Assembly (NCBI GenBank): GCA_965217865.1 | Contig: CBDCJO010000002.1 | Span: forward strand, 5,184,001-5,248,000 | Length of the DNA: 64,000 nt | Direction of reading: 5' to 3' | From: Candidatus Latescibacterota bacterium | GTDB lineage: Bacteria; Latescibacterota; UBA2968; SICM01 | Shown: positions 9,587-20,582 of the stretch, one piece after another | Numbering within the stretch: the first letter of the stretch is position 1 | Layout of the letters: each line of letters opens with the position of its first letter | Made by a program: the position numbers and the translations under genes | The notes under the pieces: model-generated | What the model was told of the DNA's origin: nothing | Database searches by the model: none | Seen by the model: the letters and a program-made list of their open reading frames with translations, nothing else

Positions 9587-10852
9587 ATGCCCGAGAATTC
9601 GAAGACTATTGAACTCTCCATTCTGGAGCCTCTGGGCATCGATAGACCCGCCTATCCGATCACCACGGGCGTTCCGTTCCCTCAGGGTGTCCTTCGGACA
9701 GAAACAAATTTACGTGTAGAGTCCGGTCGCAAAGAACTTCCTCTTCAGACCCGCACCCTTCTCGCCTGGCCGGATGGCAGCATCAAATGGGTCCTTCTGG
9801 ACTTTCAGACCGACCTGGAGGCGGGGAAGGATAACCGCTGTCATCTATTTTATGGCGACGAGGTCTCGTCGACTGAAAAGGCCGAGCATGAAATAACAAT
9901 AGAGCAGGATGAGGACAGGCTCACCGTGACAACCGGACCTCTGGCATTCTCTGTTGACTCAATTGGCACATTTCCCCTTCGTTCTGTCGCGTGCAATGGC
10001 AGGACGATCGTTCCTGAAGGCGCTCTTCGGTCGGAGATTTCTGTTGACGGCCGTCCCTACGAACTGCGCGTGACATCACTCCCGGTACTGGAGGAAGCGG
10101 GTTCTCTCCGAGCCGTGGTCAAGGTGGATGGAAAGGCCGTCTCGAAGGCCGGCGAAGAGAGCTTCGATGTAACGGCCCGCATCTATGCTTATGCCGGACA
10201 TCCCACGCTGCGGATATATCTCACCCTCACGAACCGCATTCCCAAAAGACTGGTGCATCTGGAAAACTGGAAGATACGTCTGAAGCCCCGGCTCAAGCCC
10301 GGTCCGGATGGGTTCATCGTTCTATCGAGCGAGGGAAAGTCCACCCAAGGGCTCCTGGGGGGTTACCGAAAGCTTCGCATCGGATTGGTTGATACAGATT
10401 ATGCCCCATGGCTTCCGGAGACCCATGGAATGGAAGCCTACGAGACGCCTGAGAAGGTCAAAAGGGCGGACCCCCAATGCACCGTCATACCAGGTGAAAA
10501 AGGCGAGTCAGAACTGCACCGACCCGGGGCCAACTGGACCACCATGTTTCCCGGGGCTGGAGTTCTCGGAGATGGCGAGATCACCGTGACATTTTCCTGC
10601 CGTCACCCGTGGCACAATGCCCCGAAGGAGATGGAGGTCAACACAGGGGCCATCGAATTGAGCCTGTATCCCGATTGGGCGGAGCCTCTGGAGTGGTACC
10701 GGGGTGTGGCCAAGACGCACGAACTCCTTCTCGACTTCCGTCCGGGGAAGCCTGATCCGGAGGAAAGGCTCGCGTTTACGTGCGGATTCGAGAAGCAACC
10801 GTATGTCCAGGTTCAAATAGCCATTTCGCCATTGTTAATTCTCCTTCGTTAG
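9587..10852 (+). pseudogene. YetA/exo-rhamnogalacturonan-lyase-like protein, C-terminally truncated at about 10812
   Basis: PITTGVPFPQG...WPDGSIKWVLLDF and AKTHE motifs shared with 15418 paralog; catalytic half missing. Confidence 0.7.
10800..10832 (-). pseudogene. N-terminal stub of YceI-like protein (MAKWLFEPGHT)
   Basis: SD AAGGAG + ATG at 10832 on minus strand; WxFEPGHT resembles the YceI N-terminus; similarity ends at the junction with the convergent gene. Confidence 0.5.
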
Positions 10853-10984
10853 GTTTCTCTTTTATCCAGGGATTTAGTGGTTTCGTGTGCTTGTAGATCG
10901 TTGGGTGGCATAGCTGAAGAGGTTCGAGATCTCTAAAGTTAGCCCAAAGCGCAATTTTTTGCGTTAGAAAACTGACGGTGACTC

Positions 10985-11449
10985 TTATTCCACAAGATAT
11001 TCGACACCATACTTTTTCCCCAACTCGCTCAATGACTCGATCACGGATTTCAAGTCACTTGCCGGTTCATCCATTTCAGCGAACTCGTCAAATAATTTTT
11101 CAATTCCGGCCGGGGCAAAGAAAAACAGCATCCTCGCCGTCTGATCTCCATTGTTACGAAAGCGATGCTTGGCCCCCTTGGGAATGTTTAAATACGTTCC
11201 AGGCCCTGCGACGATTTCCTCATGTTCACCGTAAAACGTCAGCTCTCCGTCCAAAATGAAGAACGCTTCTTCCTCTCGGGTTTGAATATGGAACGGAGGT
11301 CCACCCCCCGGTGGGACAATTGCCTCAACGAGGAAATATTTTCCGTCCGTGTCGTTCCCCGTAGCAAGATATCGATATTCATCCCCGGCTCCGAATGTGA
11401 CTTTTACAGGGTCGGCAGGATGAATGACCCTGATGTTTCGTTTCGCCAT
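10985..11449 (-). CDS. Cupin domain protein
   Basis: GGGPPFHIQTREEEAFFILDGEL and IPKGAKHRFRN cupin motifs. Confidence 0.9.
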   Translation of the reverse strand: MAKRNIRVIHPADPVKVTFGAGDEYRYLATGNDTDGKYFLVEAIVPPGGGPPFHIQTREEEAFFILDGELTFYGEHEEIVAGPGTYLNIPKGAKHRFRNNGDQTARMLFFFAPAGIEKLFDEFAEMDEPASDLKSVIESLSELGKKYGVEYLVE

Positions 11450-11534
11450 TTGATGTTCCTTTCAATCCCGTAGGGACAGATGGCCGTTCACGTTACACTG
11501 GTCGGTTTGGCAACTACGAAACTGAACTGCGGTT

Positions 11535-11713
11535 CTGATCGGGTTTGGTGAGATCCGTTGGCACGGCCAGCCCTTTACCGCCCTCGCTCCCGATCCGTTC
11601 CACGGTTTCCTCTAACCGCTCCTGCCGCCGGCCGCAACAAACAACCCTGGCTCCGTGGTGTCCGAATTCGAGCGCCAGGGCCCGGCCGATGCCACTTCCC
11701 GAGCCGGTCACGA
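11535..11713 (-). pseudogene. SDR oxidoreductase fragment
   Basis: VTGSGSGIGRALA...DLTKPDQ; N-terminus cut by IS3, C-terminal part absent. Confidence 0.8.
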
Positions 11714-11770
11714 TGGACTTGACCCGGTTTCGTGGATACCTTATTACTTGGCAGAAAGGAGGATGCTACG

Positions 11771-12066
11771 ATGCCGAGGTCACATTCGCCGTATCCACCG
11801 GAGTTCAAGCGGCAGATTGTAGAACTGGTGCGAGCGGGTCGCACGCCCCATGAGTTGTCCCGTGAGTTCGAGCCGTCGGCCCAGGCGATCCGGATCTGGA
11901 TGAGGGCCTCCGCAGTGACGGTCTGATCACCGAGGAGCGGGAGGAGATCAGACGACTGCGCCGCGAGAATAGGCAGTTGCGACAGGAGCGGGAGATCCTT
12001 GCAAAAGCCGCGGCCTGGTTCGCTCGGGAGACCAACTCGGTGCCAGGGGAGTCTACGAGTTCGTGA
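11771..12066 (+). pseudogene. IS3 OrfA with small deletion/frameshift at about 11893
   Basis: YPPEFKRQIVELVRAG...SAQAIR then shifted frame DLDEGLRSDGL...EILAKAAAWFARE. Confidence 0.8.
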
Positions 12067-12923
12067 AAGCCAATCAGGCCTTCTATAAAGTAGCCACGAT
12101 GTGCCGGGTCCTGGAAGTCTCCACCAGTGGGTACTACGCGTGGCTCAAGCGGCCGCTGTCGGCACGAGCGCAGGCCGATGTGGCTCTGACGGAACGGATC
12201 GTGAAGATTCACAAGTGTTCTGATGGCACCTACGGTGTCCCGCGCATATACGAGGAGCTTGTAGCCGAGGGGGAGCGGATCGGTCGCAAGCGCGTTGCGC
12301 GGTTGATGCGTGCTGCAGGCCTGGAGGGCGTAAGTCGTCGCAAACGGCATCGAACCACCTACCGTGATCGCGATGGGCGCGTCGCTGCTGACCTGGTCAA
12401 TCGAGATTTCACGGCTAACGGGCCAGACCAGCTCTGGGTAGCCGACATCACTTACATCAGTACGTGGGCCGGCTTCCTGTATCTCGCGGTCGTTGTGGAC
12501 GCCTGGAGCCGCCGCGTCGTTGGCTGGGCGATGGCGACCCATCTGCGCGCCGAGCTGGTGCTCGAGGCGTTGAATATGGCGCTCTGGCAACGACAGCCGG
12601 AAGCCGTCATCCATCACTCCGACCAGGGATGTCAGTACACCTCCATTGCCTTCGGTCTACGGTGCCGCAAGGCCGGTGTCCGGCCCTCTATGGGCTCCAC
12701 CGGTGACTGCTACGACAACGCGTTATGCGAGAGCTTCTTCGCCACGCTCGAATGCGAACGCCTGGATCGCCGAAACTACCGCACACAGGCCGAAGCCCGG
12801 ATGTCCGTATTTCAATACATCGAGGGCTGGTACAACTCCCATCGGCGACACTCAGCACTCGGATATCTCTCTCCAATGAACTTTGAGCAGACCTCCAGCG
12901 CTGTTGCCCATGAAGCCGAATGA
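12063..12923 (+). CDS. IS3 OrfB transposase (integrase core)
   Basis: WVADITY, HHSDQGCQY, DNALCESFF, YNSHRRHSALGY. Confidence 0.95.
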   Translation: MKANQAFYKVATMCRVLEVSTSGYYAWLKRPLSARAQADVALTERIVKIHKCSDGTYGVPRIYEELVAEGERIGRKRVARLMRAAGLEGVSRRKRHRTTYRDRDGRVAADLVNRDFTANGPDQLWVADITYISTWAGFLYLAVVVDAWSRRVVGWAMATHLRAELVLEALNMALWQRQPEAVIHHSDQGCQYTSIAFGLRCRKAGVRPSMGSTGDCYDNALCESFFATLECERLDRRNYRTQAEARMSVFQYIEGWYNSHRRHSALGYLSPMNFEQTSSAVAHEAE

Positions 12924-13029
12924 ATCGCAACTGATAAACCGTCCGCTAAACCGGGGTAACTCCAGTTTCGCGTACAAAGGTCGGATACAAATGGGACCTC
13001 CGGCTCCTTCGACTGCGTCTCCGAAGTGG

Positions 13030-13266
13030 AAACGGAAGAAAAACGGAAGGTAAACGGAAGGTTTTTACTGAACAGGGTCGGGAAAAGCAAGGGGCCAGGG
13101 AAAAGCAGTAGCAGTGTAGCAGGTGGCAGGAAAGTCAAAGGCAGGGGAACCAAAGGCGGAGGTCAGGGAAAAGCAGTAGCAGTAGCAGGTGGCAGGAAGA
13201 GCAAAGGCAGGGGCAGGAAAGCAAAGGCAGTAGCAGTGGCAGTAGCAGGAAAAAGCAAAGGCAAAC
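13030..13266 (+). repeat. Long purine-rich low-complexity tract (GCAGTAGCAG / GCAAAGGCAG units)
   Basis: Repeated AAAGCAGTAGCAGTAGCAGGTGGCAGGAA units. Confidence 0.85.
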
Positions 13267-13558
13267 CTAAGCTTGGCTGAGCAGAGACACCGTTTTTCCA
13301 ATTCTGCACGCGCGTGCAGAATTAACCTAGGTCGGGGTCGAGGGAAATCAAAATCATAAAAAAACCAAAGAAATATTGACTCAAATGCTTGGTTCAACCG
13401 GAGGTTCTCCATCATTAATAATGTGCTTTTATTCCCCTTGACTTAAGAACTGCCCCCCCCTTACATTGTCCGGGAACGCCTCTAAAACGGGTGGGTTAAT
13501 TTCCTGAATGTGCCGAGATTGGTGAATTGGTATTTTACAGATTGGAGGACGGGGTCGG

Positions 13559-14293
13559 ATGATTTCTGATCAGTGCATGAAGTTTTTGACCCAGGGATAC
13601 ATTGTCATGAAAAATGCTCTCACCCCGGATGAACTTCGACGGGCTCAAGAGGCCTTTGAACGGGGAATGGCACACGCAGAGGATCGGGACAGCGACTACT
13701 ACGGCATCGGGAACATTTTTGACCTCGATGAAATCTTTGTGGAAATGGTGAATCATCCTGAAACGTTTCCGGTGGTCCTGGAATCGATCGGCCCTGATGT
13801 CCAGCTCGAAGGATGTGGTGGTGTTGTTTACCAACCGGGAGGGAACATCTTCAACTGGCATCGGGACACACACGGATTTCTGGGAATAAACCTCGAGATG
13901 TCCCCTCGCTTTCGAGCGAAGCTCCATTACTTTATGGACGACGTAACCGAGAACGGGGGCTGTCTGGGTTATGTTCCGGGCAGCCAGCGATACCGGCCTG
14001 ACGACATGCCGGAGGTGGAGAGGATGGAGGACATGCCCGGGTTTGTCCGGCTCCCTATGAAGGCGGGGGATGCGCTGCTGATCCACATTCACGGATGGCA
14101 TACTGTTTTTCCGAACACCAGCGACCGGCCGAGAAAATCCTTGATCTACTGTTACTCCCATTTCTGGATGAAACAGAGTGAGTCAGGCAGACCCACCCAC
14201 ATCGAGAACTACCTAAATGACCCGGTTAGGAGACAGCTATTCGGGGTGGGTGACGGAGGGTCTTATAAAGGCCAGCGACTTTCGGCTGAGTGA
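13559..14293 (+). CDS. Phytanoyl-CoA dioxygenase (PhyH) family
   Basis: WHRD, ENGGCLGYVPGS, GD.L....WH....N. Confidence 0.9.
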   Translation: MISDQCMKFLTQGYIVMKNALTPDELRRAQEAFERGMAHAEDRDSDYYGIGNIFDLDEIFVEMVNHPETFPVVLESIGPDVQLEGCGGVVYQPGGNIFNWHRDTHGFLGINLEMSPRFRAKLHYFMDDVTENGGCLGYVPGSQRYRPDDMPEVERMEDMPGFVRLPMKAGDALLIHIHGWHTVFPNTSDRPRKSLIYCYSHFWMKQSESGRPTHIENYLNDPVRRQLFGVGDGGSYKGQRLSAE

Positions 14294-14315
14294 AGATTCA
14301 TTAAAATCAACCCAA

Positions 14316-14422
14316 GAGATCCTTCGCGCACAAAGTTCGGTTGCAGGTCGAAACTTAGGTGGTGGTGCGCTCAGGATGACATTTATGTCACGTGGTATTG
14401 GGCCAATTTAAAAAACCAACCT
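14316..14422 (+). repeat. Dispersed element GAGATCCTTCGCGCACAA...GCGCTCAGGATGACA (second copy 33481-33623)
   Basis: Shared 18-nt start and GCGCTCAGGATGACAT...GTCACG...TATTGGG end. Confidence 0.8.
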
Positions 14423-14470
14423 TTTCATGAGCCCCACCACTGCTCAGGATGAATGACAGGAGACCATAGT

Positions 14471-15358
14471 ATGGAGAGACGAAGGCTCGGAAAGACAGAC
14501 CTCGAAGTGACCCGATTGGGATTCGGAGGGGCAAGGATCGGGTTCGAGGATGTCGATCCGGATCGTCTCCAGGCCACGCTCAACACCGCTCTCGATCTGG
14601 GCATCAACTTTCTGGATACCGCAGCGTGTTATGAAGACGGGGAGGAGCTGATCGGCCGTTACGTCAGCGAACGTCGGGACGAGTATGTCCTTGCCTCCAA
14701 ATGCGGTCACGTGACAGGGGACGCCAGGGGTAAGGCGTGGTCGCCCGAGGTCATTTCCGAGAGTGTTGATCGATCGCTCACAAGGCTCCGGACGGACCAT
14801 CTGGACCTGCTCCAGCTTCACAGTTGCTCTGCGGACGTTCTTAAGGCCGGGGAAGCCGTCGAGGTCGTTCAAAAGGCGCAACAGTCGGGAAAGACCCGCT
14901 ATATCGGGTACAGCGGAGATGGGGAGGGGGCCCTGGAGGCGATCCGTATGGGCGTCTTCGACACGCTTCAGACTTCATTCAACTTGGTTGATCAGCACGC
15001 CCTTGGTGAGGTTTTGCCCGCGGCCCAAAGGGCCGGCTTGGGGGTGATCGCAAAACGTCCTATCGCGAATGGCGCCCTTGGAAAGGCCGCAGCGCCGTAT
15101 GACTACGCTGAAACTTACTGGAAACGCGCCCGACAGCTTCAGATCCCGGAGGGCGCACCTCAAAACCCGGTAGAACTCTCCATCCGCTTTACGTTCTCTC
15201 ACGATGTCATCGACACCGCGATCGTGGGAACCACGAACCCGGTGCACGTCCGTGAGAATATCGATATGACCGCCCTTCCTTCGCTTCCCAGGCCGATCCT
15301 CGATTCCCTTTACGAACAGTTTCAGAGACTTGGACAAGACTGGGATCCGCAGGTGTGA
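14471..15358 (+). CDS. Aldo/keto reductase
   Basis: LGINFLDTAACY, SLTRLRTDHLDLLQLH. Confidence 0.93.
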   Translation: MERRRLGKTDLEVTRLGFGGARIGFEDVDPDRLQATLNTALDLGINFLDTAACYEDGEELIGRYVSERRDEYVLASKCGHVTGDARGKAWSPEVISESVDRSLTRLRTDHLDLLQLHSCSADVLKAGEAVEVVQKAQQSGKTRYIGYSGDGEGALEAIRMGVFDTLQTSFNLVDQHALGEVLPAAQRAGLGVIAKRPIANGALGKAAAPYDYAETYWKRARQLQIPEGAPQNPVELSIRFTFSHDVIDTAIVGTTNPVHVRENIDMTALPSLPRPILDSLYEQFQRLGQDWDPQV

Positions 15359-15417
15359 GATCCTCGAATTCCGAGGTTCCGATTGAAACACGTGAATAGA
15401 ACTGGAGGCATTTCCCC

Positions 15418-18149
15418 GTGGCCAAACGGATCGAACTGATTGTCGAGAACGCAGGAGATGTGGACCGAACGGCGTGGCCCATCACACAGGGTATCCCGTT
15501 TGCAGATGGAGAGCTGGAGCGAGGAGACCCGGTCCGTGTGGTGAATGCGAAAGGCCAAATCCTGCCGACCCAGTCGATGTGCACGGCTGCCTGGTCCAAG
15601 AACCTCTCATATATCAAGTGGCTCCTGGTGGACTTCCAGGCGGATCTGGCCTCGGGCGCAAAGGAGACGTTCTTCCTGGAGTACGGTGCGGGGGTGGAAG
15701 AGGCCCGGCCGGAGCAGGGGGTCTCGGTGGAACGCGGAGACGGGTACTTGAGCGCAGACACCGGTACGCTTCGATTGCGTTTTCGCACGCCCCCGGCAAT
15801 GCCCCGTCCCCCCGTCGCAGAGGTGTCACGATCGCGGGACTTTCTGGCGGGTTGCCAGGTCAGGACGGAGGAAGGTTGGCACGATGTGTTCAGAGGCAAT
15901 CCGGGACCCTATCTTTATATGGTGGACGAAGACGGTGAAATTTACGATTCGTGTACATCCACCCCAACCCCTCAGGTGACGGTGGAGGCAAAAGGTCCGA
16001 TGCGGGCTTGTTTTTGTGTCAAGGGATATCACGCGTCTGATAAGGGCATCCACCTTTGTCCGTATGCGCTTCGCATTCACGTGTACGCGGGAAAGAGCGA
16101 CTTGAAGATGTTTCACACCTTCGTGTTCGACCAGGAGCCGTCGATCCTGAGGTTTGATGAGGTGGGGATGCGGTTCCCCCTGGACCTGGGAAGGGATCTG
16201 AGGATGGGATTCGGCGGACAGGATGGGGCGCACTGGGCGACGCGATGGGAAGAGGGGCATTTCCTTCAGGATTCGGACCTATCATATCGGGTGGAACGGG
16301 ATGGTGAGCCTTTCGGAGAGGGGGAAAAGACCCGCGGATGGGCCACGCTTTGCGGGAGCAAGGCATCGACCTTCGTAGCGCTTCGGGATCTCTGGCAGCA
16401 GTATCCGAAAGGCTACCGGTTGACGGACCAGGGGATCGACGTCCAGTTCTGGCCTTCTGAGTATGGTGATCCCCTGGTTTTCACCACGCTGTGGACAGAG
16501 GACTGCGTCTTTTTCGGAGGGACTCGGCACGAGGCGGAAGTCAAACGCCTGATCGAAGAGAAGCCCACCGCTCCGCTCAACCTGAAGAGTTTCAATGTCT
16601 CTACAACGGAGGAGGTCAGGTGGGTGGAGGAGATGGTAGACAAATATGCCCCGGACCGACCGGCCTCCCACAACGATACTGGGACGAACGACGGTCTGGG
16701 CGCGGCCAAGACGCATGAGTTCCTGTTGCGTTTCTCAACCGATCCAATTACGGATGATGATGCCGAGACTATGGGCGTTTGTGTTCAGAGTCCCGTCATC
16801 GCACCTCCTGATCCGCACTATATGTGCGGGACACGAGCGGCAAGGGATCTTTTCGGAGGTGAGGATCCGCGTTTTGTGGAACTGGATGGTCTGTTGGACA
16901 GGATTGTGGAACGGGTTGCGATCGAACCGATGGAACGAAGCCGCCTCTGGGGATTCTGGCGCTTCGGGAACATGTGTTGCTCACATACCGCGGGTTCCGG
17001 GTTGGCCTACATCCTCCATTATGATACGGATCCAGTGGAGGGGATGCGGCACGTCGGTCCCTACAACAACGAGGCGGATGACCCGTGTTGGGGGTTATGG
17101 ACGCAGTTTATGAGGACCGGAAGGCGGGACTTTTTCCTGGCGGCATCCGGACACAGCCAGGCGATGGGGGACGTGGGCATCTGTCACGCAAATCCCTCCC
17201 GTCACGTTCCCAGACTCTGGGCGGCCGCCGGGTTCGACAAGCTGATTGGGGAAGTCGAATGCTACCACGACTATCCCCACCGGGACTCGAAGGGGATTGT
17301 TCATTATCATAACGCGCATGAATGGTCGGGGGGATACAGCCCTTCTCACACGTTGAATACCACCCTGTTCCTCCACTACTATTTCACGGGTAACCGACGG
17401 ATGTACGACATCGCACTTGAGGTCGCCGACTGGGCGGTGCGAACTCAGGAACCGGCTGGCATCATCTCCTCGCGAAAGGAACACGGCGGGTGGAACCGGG
17501 AGTTCACCGGACCCCTGGTATGTCTGATGGAGGCCTATGTCGCCACCTGGATGCCTAAATACGGGGATCTGGCCAGAAGGAGCCTGAACTGGGTACTTCG
17601 TGTTCAGGAGAAGGTGGGGACCTTTCCGACGCGGATCTTCACGGCGGGGGCAAAGGGTGACAAAGCCGTCATCCTTCCGACCGACCAGCCTCTGTCTCAC
17701 GGCGGGACTGTGTATCCCATCTACTACGAGGGGCTTCGACATTTCGACAGTCCCCTTCTGAGGGAGACGATCCTAGCTGAAGCGGACCACGTTATCGAAC
17801 GAGGCTCCGGAAGCCACGTGACCACCGCCTGTGCCCTTGCGTATGAGATGACCGGGGATCCTATCTACGCAGCCATGTGCATGAAGGCCGTCCTTGACTA
17901 TCGCAAGCACGGCCGGGAGATCGTAGCTTTCCAGAACGCATCCATCTTTTCCGGAATCCGAAATGGTTACCTTTCGGTGTTGAAGGCAACGGCAGAAAGA
18001 GCCCTGGCAAAGGACCCAAAGGTTTCGCAAAGGCGGAGGAGCGCCTGTTAGCCGCGATCAAGCAGGCCGAACCGAGTGGGCCGGAGACTTACCAGGAGAA
18101 AAGTATCGGGATTCCTGAGGGGTACGATGAAGACGTGAATCGTGGATAG
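15418..18149 (+). CDS. Large YetA/exo-rhamnogalacturonan-lyase-like protein; 1-nt frameshift near 18020 (called ORF ends 18051)
   Basis: PITQGIPFADG, IKWLLVDF, AAKTHE; shifted frame GFAKAEERL...EKSIGIPEG to TAG 18149 matches the tail of the paralog at 63535. Confidence 0.7.
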
Positions 18150-18221
18150 GGGATCGCCACATGAGTTCGCGTATTGCAAATAGTCACCGAATCAACGAAT
18201 CACTGAAATAGGGTGAATCGT

Positions 18222-19436
18222 ATGGCCAATAAGCGTCATCTCGCCCTGATCACGCAGGAAACAAACGTCTGGAACCGATGGCGAACGGAAAACCGTAACG
18301 TACGGCCGGATCTTTTTCAAGCGGATCTTTTTGAAGCAGACCTGGCCGGTTCCTATCTTCGGGGTGCGGATCTCAACGCCGCGAATCTGAGCAGGGCGAA
18401 TCTCAACAGGGCGAACCTGAGCGGATCGTACCTCAGCAGGGCCTACCTGAGCGGGGCATATCTCTTCCAGACGGACTTTTTCGAAGCTTACCTCAAAGAA
18501 GCGAACCTGAGCCGAGCTTTTCTTAGAGATGCGAACCTCAGCAAGGCAGACTTGAGTGGGGCGGATCTGCGAGGCGCCCATCTTCGCGGCGCGGACCTGA
18601 ACGGGGCGAACCTGAGCGGGGCCGGGCTGAGCGATGCGGACCTCAGCGGGACGGAAATGAATACGGTGAACCTCAGTGAAGCGGATCTCAGTGGTGCAAA
18701 CCTCCACGGGGCATCCCTCGGGGGTGCCGACCTTCGAAAAGCGGATCTGTGTCGGACCGACCTCAGCGCCGTGGATCTCACCGATGCGGACCTCACGAAG
18801 GCCAAAATCGGGTGGACGGTTTTCGGAAATGTAGACTTGAGAAGGGTGGAGGGCCTGGAGACTCTGGTCCACCTCGGTCCGTCGACCATCGGCGTGGATA
18901 CCATCTTCCTTTCTGGCAACCGAATTCCTGAGGTTTTCCTCCGGGGGGCCGGCGTCCCCGAGGATTTTGTGGTTTATTCTTCCTCGCTGGAACAACCATT
19001 GGATCCTCAATTATGTTTCATCAGCTACATCCGGTCAGACAAAGCCTTTGCAGAACGTCTCTATGCGGACCTGGAGGCAGAGGGCATTCGTTGCTGGTTC
19101 GCCTCCGAGGAAACACTGGTCGAGGATCGGATTCAGGAATCTGTTGATATATCGATCCGTATGCCTGAAAAAAGGCTTCTGATTCTTTCGGAGAATTCGG
19201 TCGAAAGTGAATGGATGCGTAAGGAAGTGGAGAGGGCTTTTAAAAAAGAACGAACGCGCAAAACCAGGGTCCTCGTCCCGGTTTTCCTGGATAAGAGTTT
19301 ATTGAATTCGGATCGTGATTGGGTGCCCAAAATCAAGCATAAAAGATCTATTTTTGATTTTTCGGGATGGGATCGAGATGCTGATATTTATAACAACACG
19401 TTACGGCGTGTGCTCGAACAACTGACGGCCAAATAA
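18222..19436 (+). CDS. Pentapeptide-repeat protein with C-terminal TIR domain
   Basis: A(D/N)Lxx repeats; CFISY..SDKAFAERLYADL...GIRCWF; SEWMRKE. Confidence 0.92.
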   Translation: MANKRHLALITQETNVWNRWRTENRNVRPDLFQADLFEADLAGSYLRGADLNAANLSRANLNRANLSGSYLSRAYLSGAYLFQTDFFEAYLKEANLSRAFLRDANLSKADLSGADLRGAHLRGADLNGANLSGAGLSDADLSGTEMNTVNLSEADLSGANLHGASLGGADLRKADLCRTDLSAVDLTDADLTKAKIGWTVFGNVDLRRVEGLETLVHLGPSTIGVDTIFLSGNRIPEVFLRGAGVPEDFVVYSSSLEQPLDPQLCFISYIRSDKAFAERLYADLEAEGIRCWFASEETLVEDRIQESVDISIRMPEKRLLILSENSVESEWMRKEVERAFKKERTRKTRVLVPVFLDKSLLNSDRDWVPKIKHKRSIFDFSGWDRDADIYNNTLRRVLEQLTAK

Positions 19437-19620
19437 GGATATAATTATCGTATTATCAAATAATTAAAAATTATTATAAAAATGGAACACCCTGGTTTGT
19501 CAGGCGTTTCCATAGATAGAGGCCCCTGAAGGATTGATTACCCCACCTGTGTACCCAAGCGAGCCAGGCGATTCCTTCAGGGGTTTTGTGTAAAAACACA
19601 AAAATCAGGATGGACATCAC

Positions 19621-20487
19621 GTGGACCCAACAGAGACCATGACTTTCAATGCCCCGGTCGAACCGGACCGATCTCTGAAGCACTATATGAAGGAGATTGC
19701 CAGTTCGCATCCTCTCTCATCAAAAGAGGAGGCGGACCTCGCCAGTCGCATACAGATGGGTGACATCCGTGCCCGGAACAAGCTTGTACACGCGAACTTG
19801 CGATTTGTTGTGAATGTTGCCCTGGGATATCGACATCGGGGCCTCTCGTTGGGAGAACTGGTCAGCGCCGGGAACATCGGTCTCTTTTCGGCCGCGGATC
19901 GGTTTGACTCATCACGGGGTTACAGGTTTATCACCTATGCTGTCTGGTGGATTCGTCAGGCGATTCTTAAAACCCTGATGGAGAAGAGGACCGTCCGGCT
20001 TCCGGTCAACCGGTTCGATCTCCTTGCCCGCGCCTCGAAATCCTTTTCAATCCTTCAGCAGCAGATGTATACCGATCCCGGCCCGAGAGAGATGGCTGAG
20101 GACCTGGGCGTTACGGAAAAGGAGTTGGAACGGACGCTGATGGATACCCGGTCTTCACTTTCTCTGGATGCGTCACTGGATCTGGATGATGACTCAGGAA
20201 ACAGCGGGCATCACATCCTGCCGGATCCCGTCGAAGGATCCCTGGAGGAGGAGCTTGATCGAAAGCAGCTTCAGGAGGTCATCTCCTCCGTGCTCGGTAC
20301 TTTGAAGGAGCGGGAGGCGATCATTCTTCGGCTCTATTTCGGGTTGGACGGGGGTGAGGGGCATACGCTTGAACAGATCGGTGCGCATCTCGGAATAACG
20401 CGGGAGCGGGTTCGCCAGGTTAAGAAAACGGCCATCGATAAGCTGCGTGTGGCGGTCAGGGCCAGGCGGCTCAAGCCCTATTTTTGA
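19621..20487 (+). CDS. RNA polymerase sigma-70 factor (RpoD/RpoS-like)
   Basis: ANLRFVV, RFITYAVWWIRQ, TLEQIG...TRERVRQ. Confidence 0.95.
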   Translation: MDPTETMTFNAPVEPDRSLKHYMKEIASSHPLSSKEEADLASRIQMGDIRARNKLVHANLRFVVNVALGYRHRGLSLGELVSAGNIGLFSAADRFDSSRGYRFITYAVWWIRQAILKTLMEKRTVRLPVNRFDLLARASKSFSILQQQMYTDPGPREMAEDLGVTEKELERTLMDTRSSLSLDASLDLDDDSGNSGHHILPDPVEGSLEEELDRKQLQEVISSVLGTLKEREAIILRLYFGLDGGEGHTLEQIGAHLGITRERVRQVKKTAIDKLRVAVRARRLKPYF

Positions 20488-20582
20488 CTCGAATAGCTAA
20501 GCGTTATTTTCAAAAATTAAAGGGATATCCAGTTTGGGAAGCCGGGTTTCGCATTTTTAAGCCGGACGAAGGAGCAGTCACC

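Larger units (their letters stand above)
11714..12964 (+). mobile_element. IS3-family insertion sequence
   Basis: TG...CA ends with inverted repeats TGGACTTGACCCGGTTT / TGGAGTTACCCCGGTTT; orfA plus DDE orfB; no target duplication visible. Confidence 0.93.

Noticed and set aside
12812-13415. ORFs 13026-13280, 13065-13415 and 12812-13153
   Set aside because: Translations of low-complexity repeat DNA
14291-14360. TCGGTTGCAGGTC resembling the fdhF SECIS after the PhyH TGA
   Set aside because: Over 40 nt from the UGA, lies inside a dispersed repeat also at 33481, and the PhyH protein is already complete
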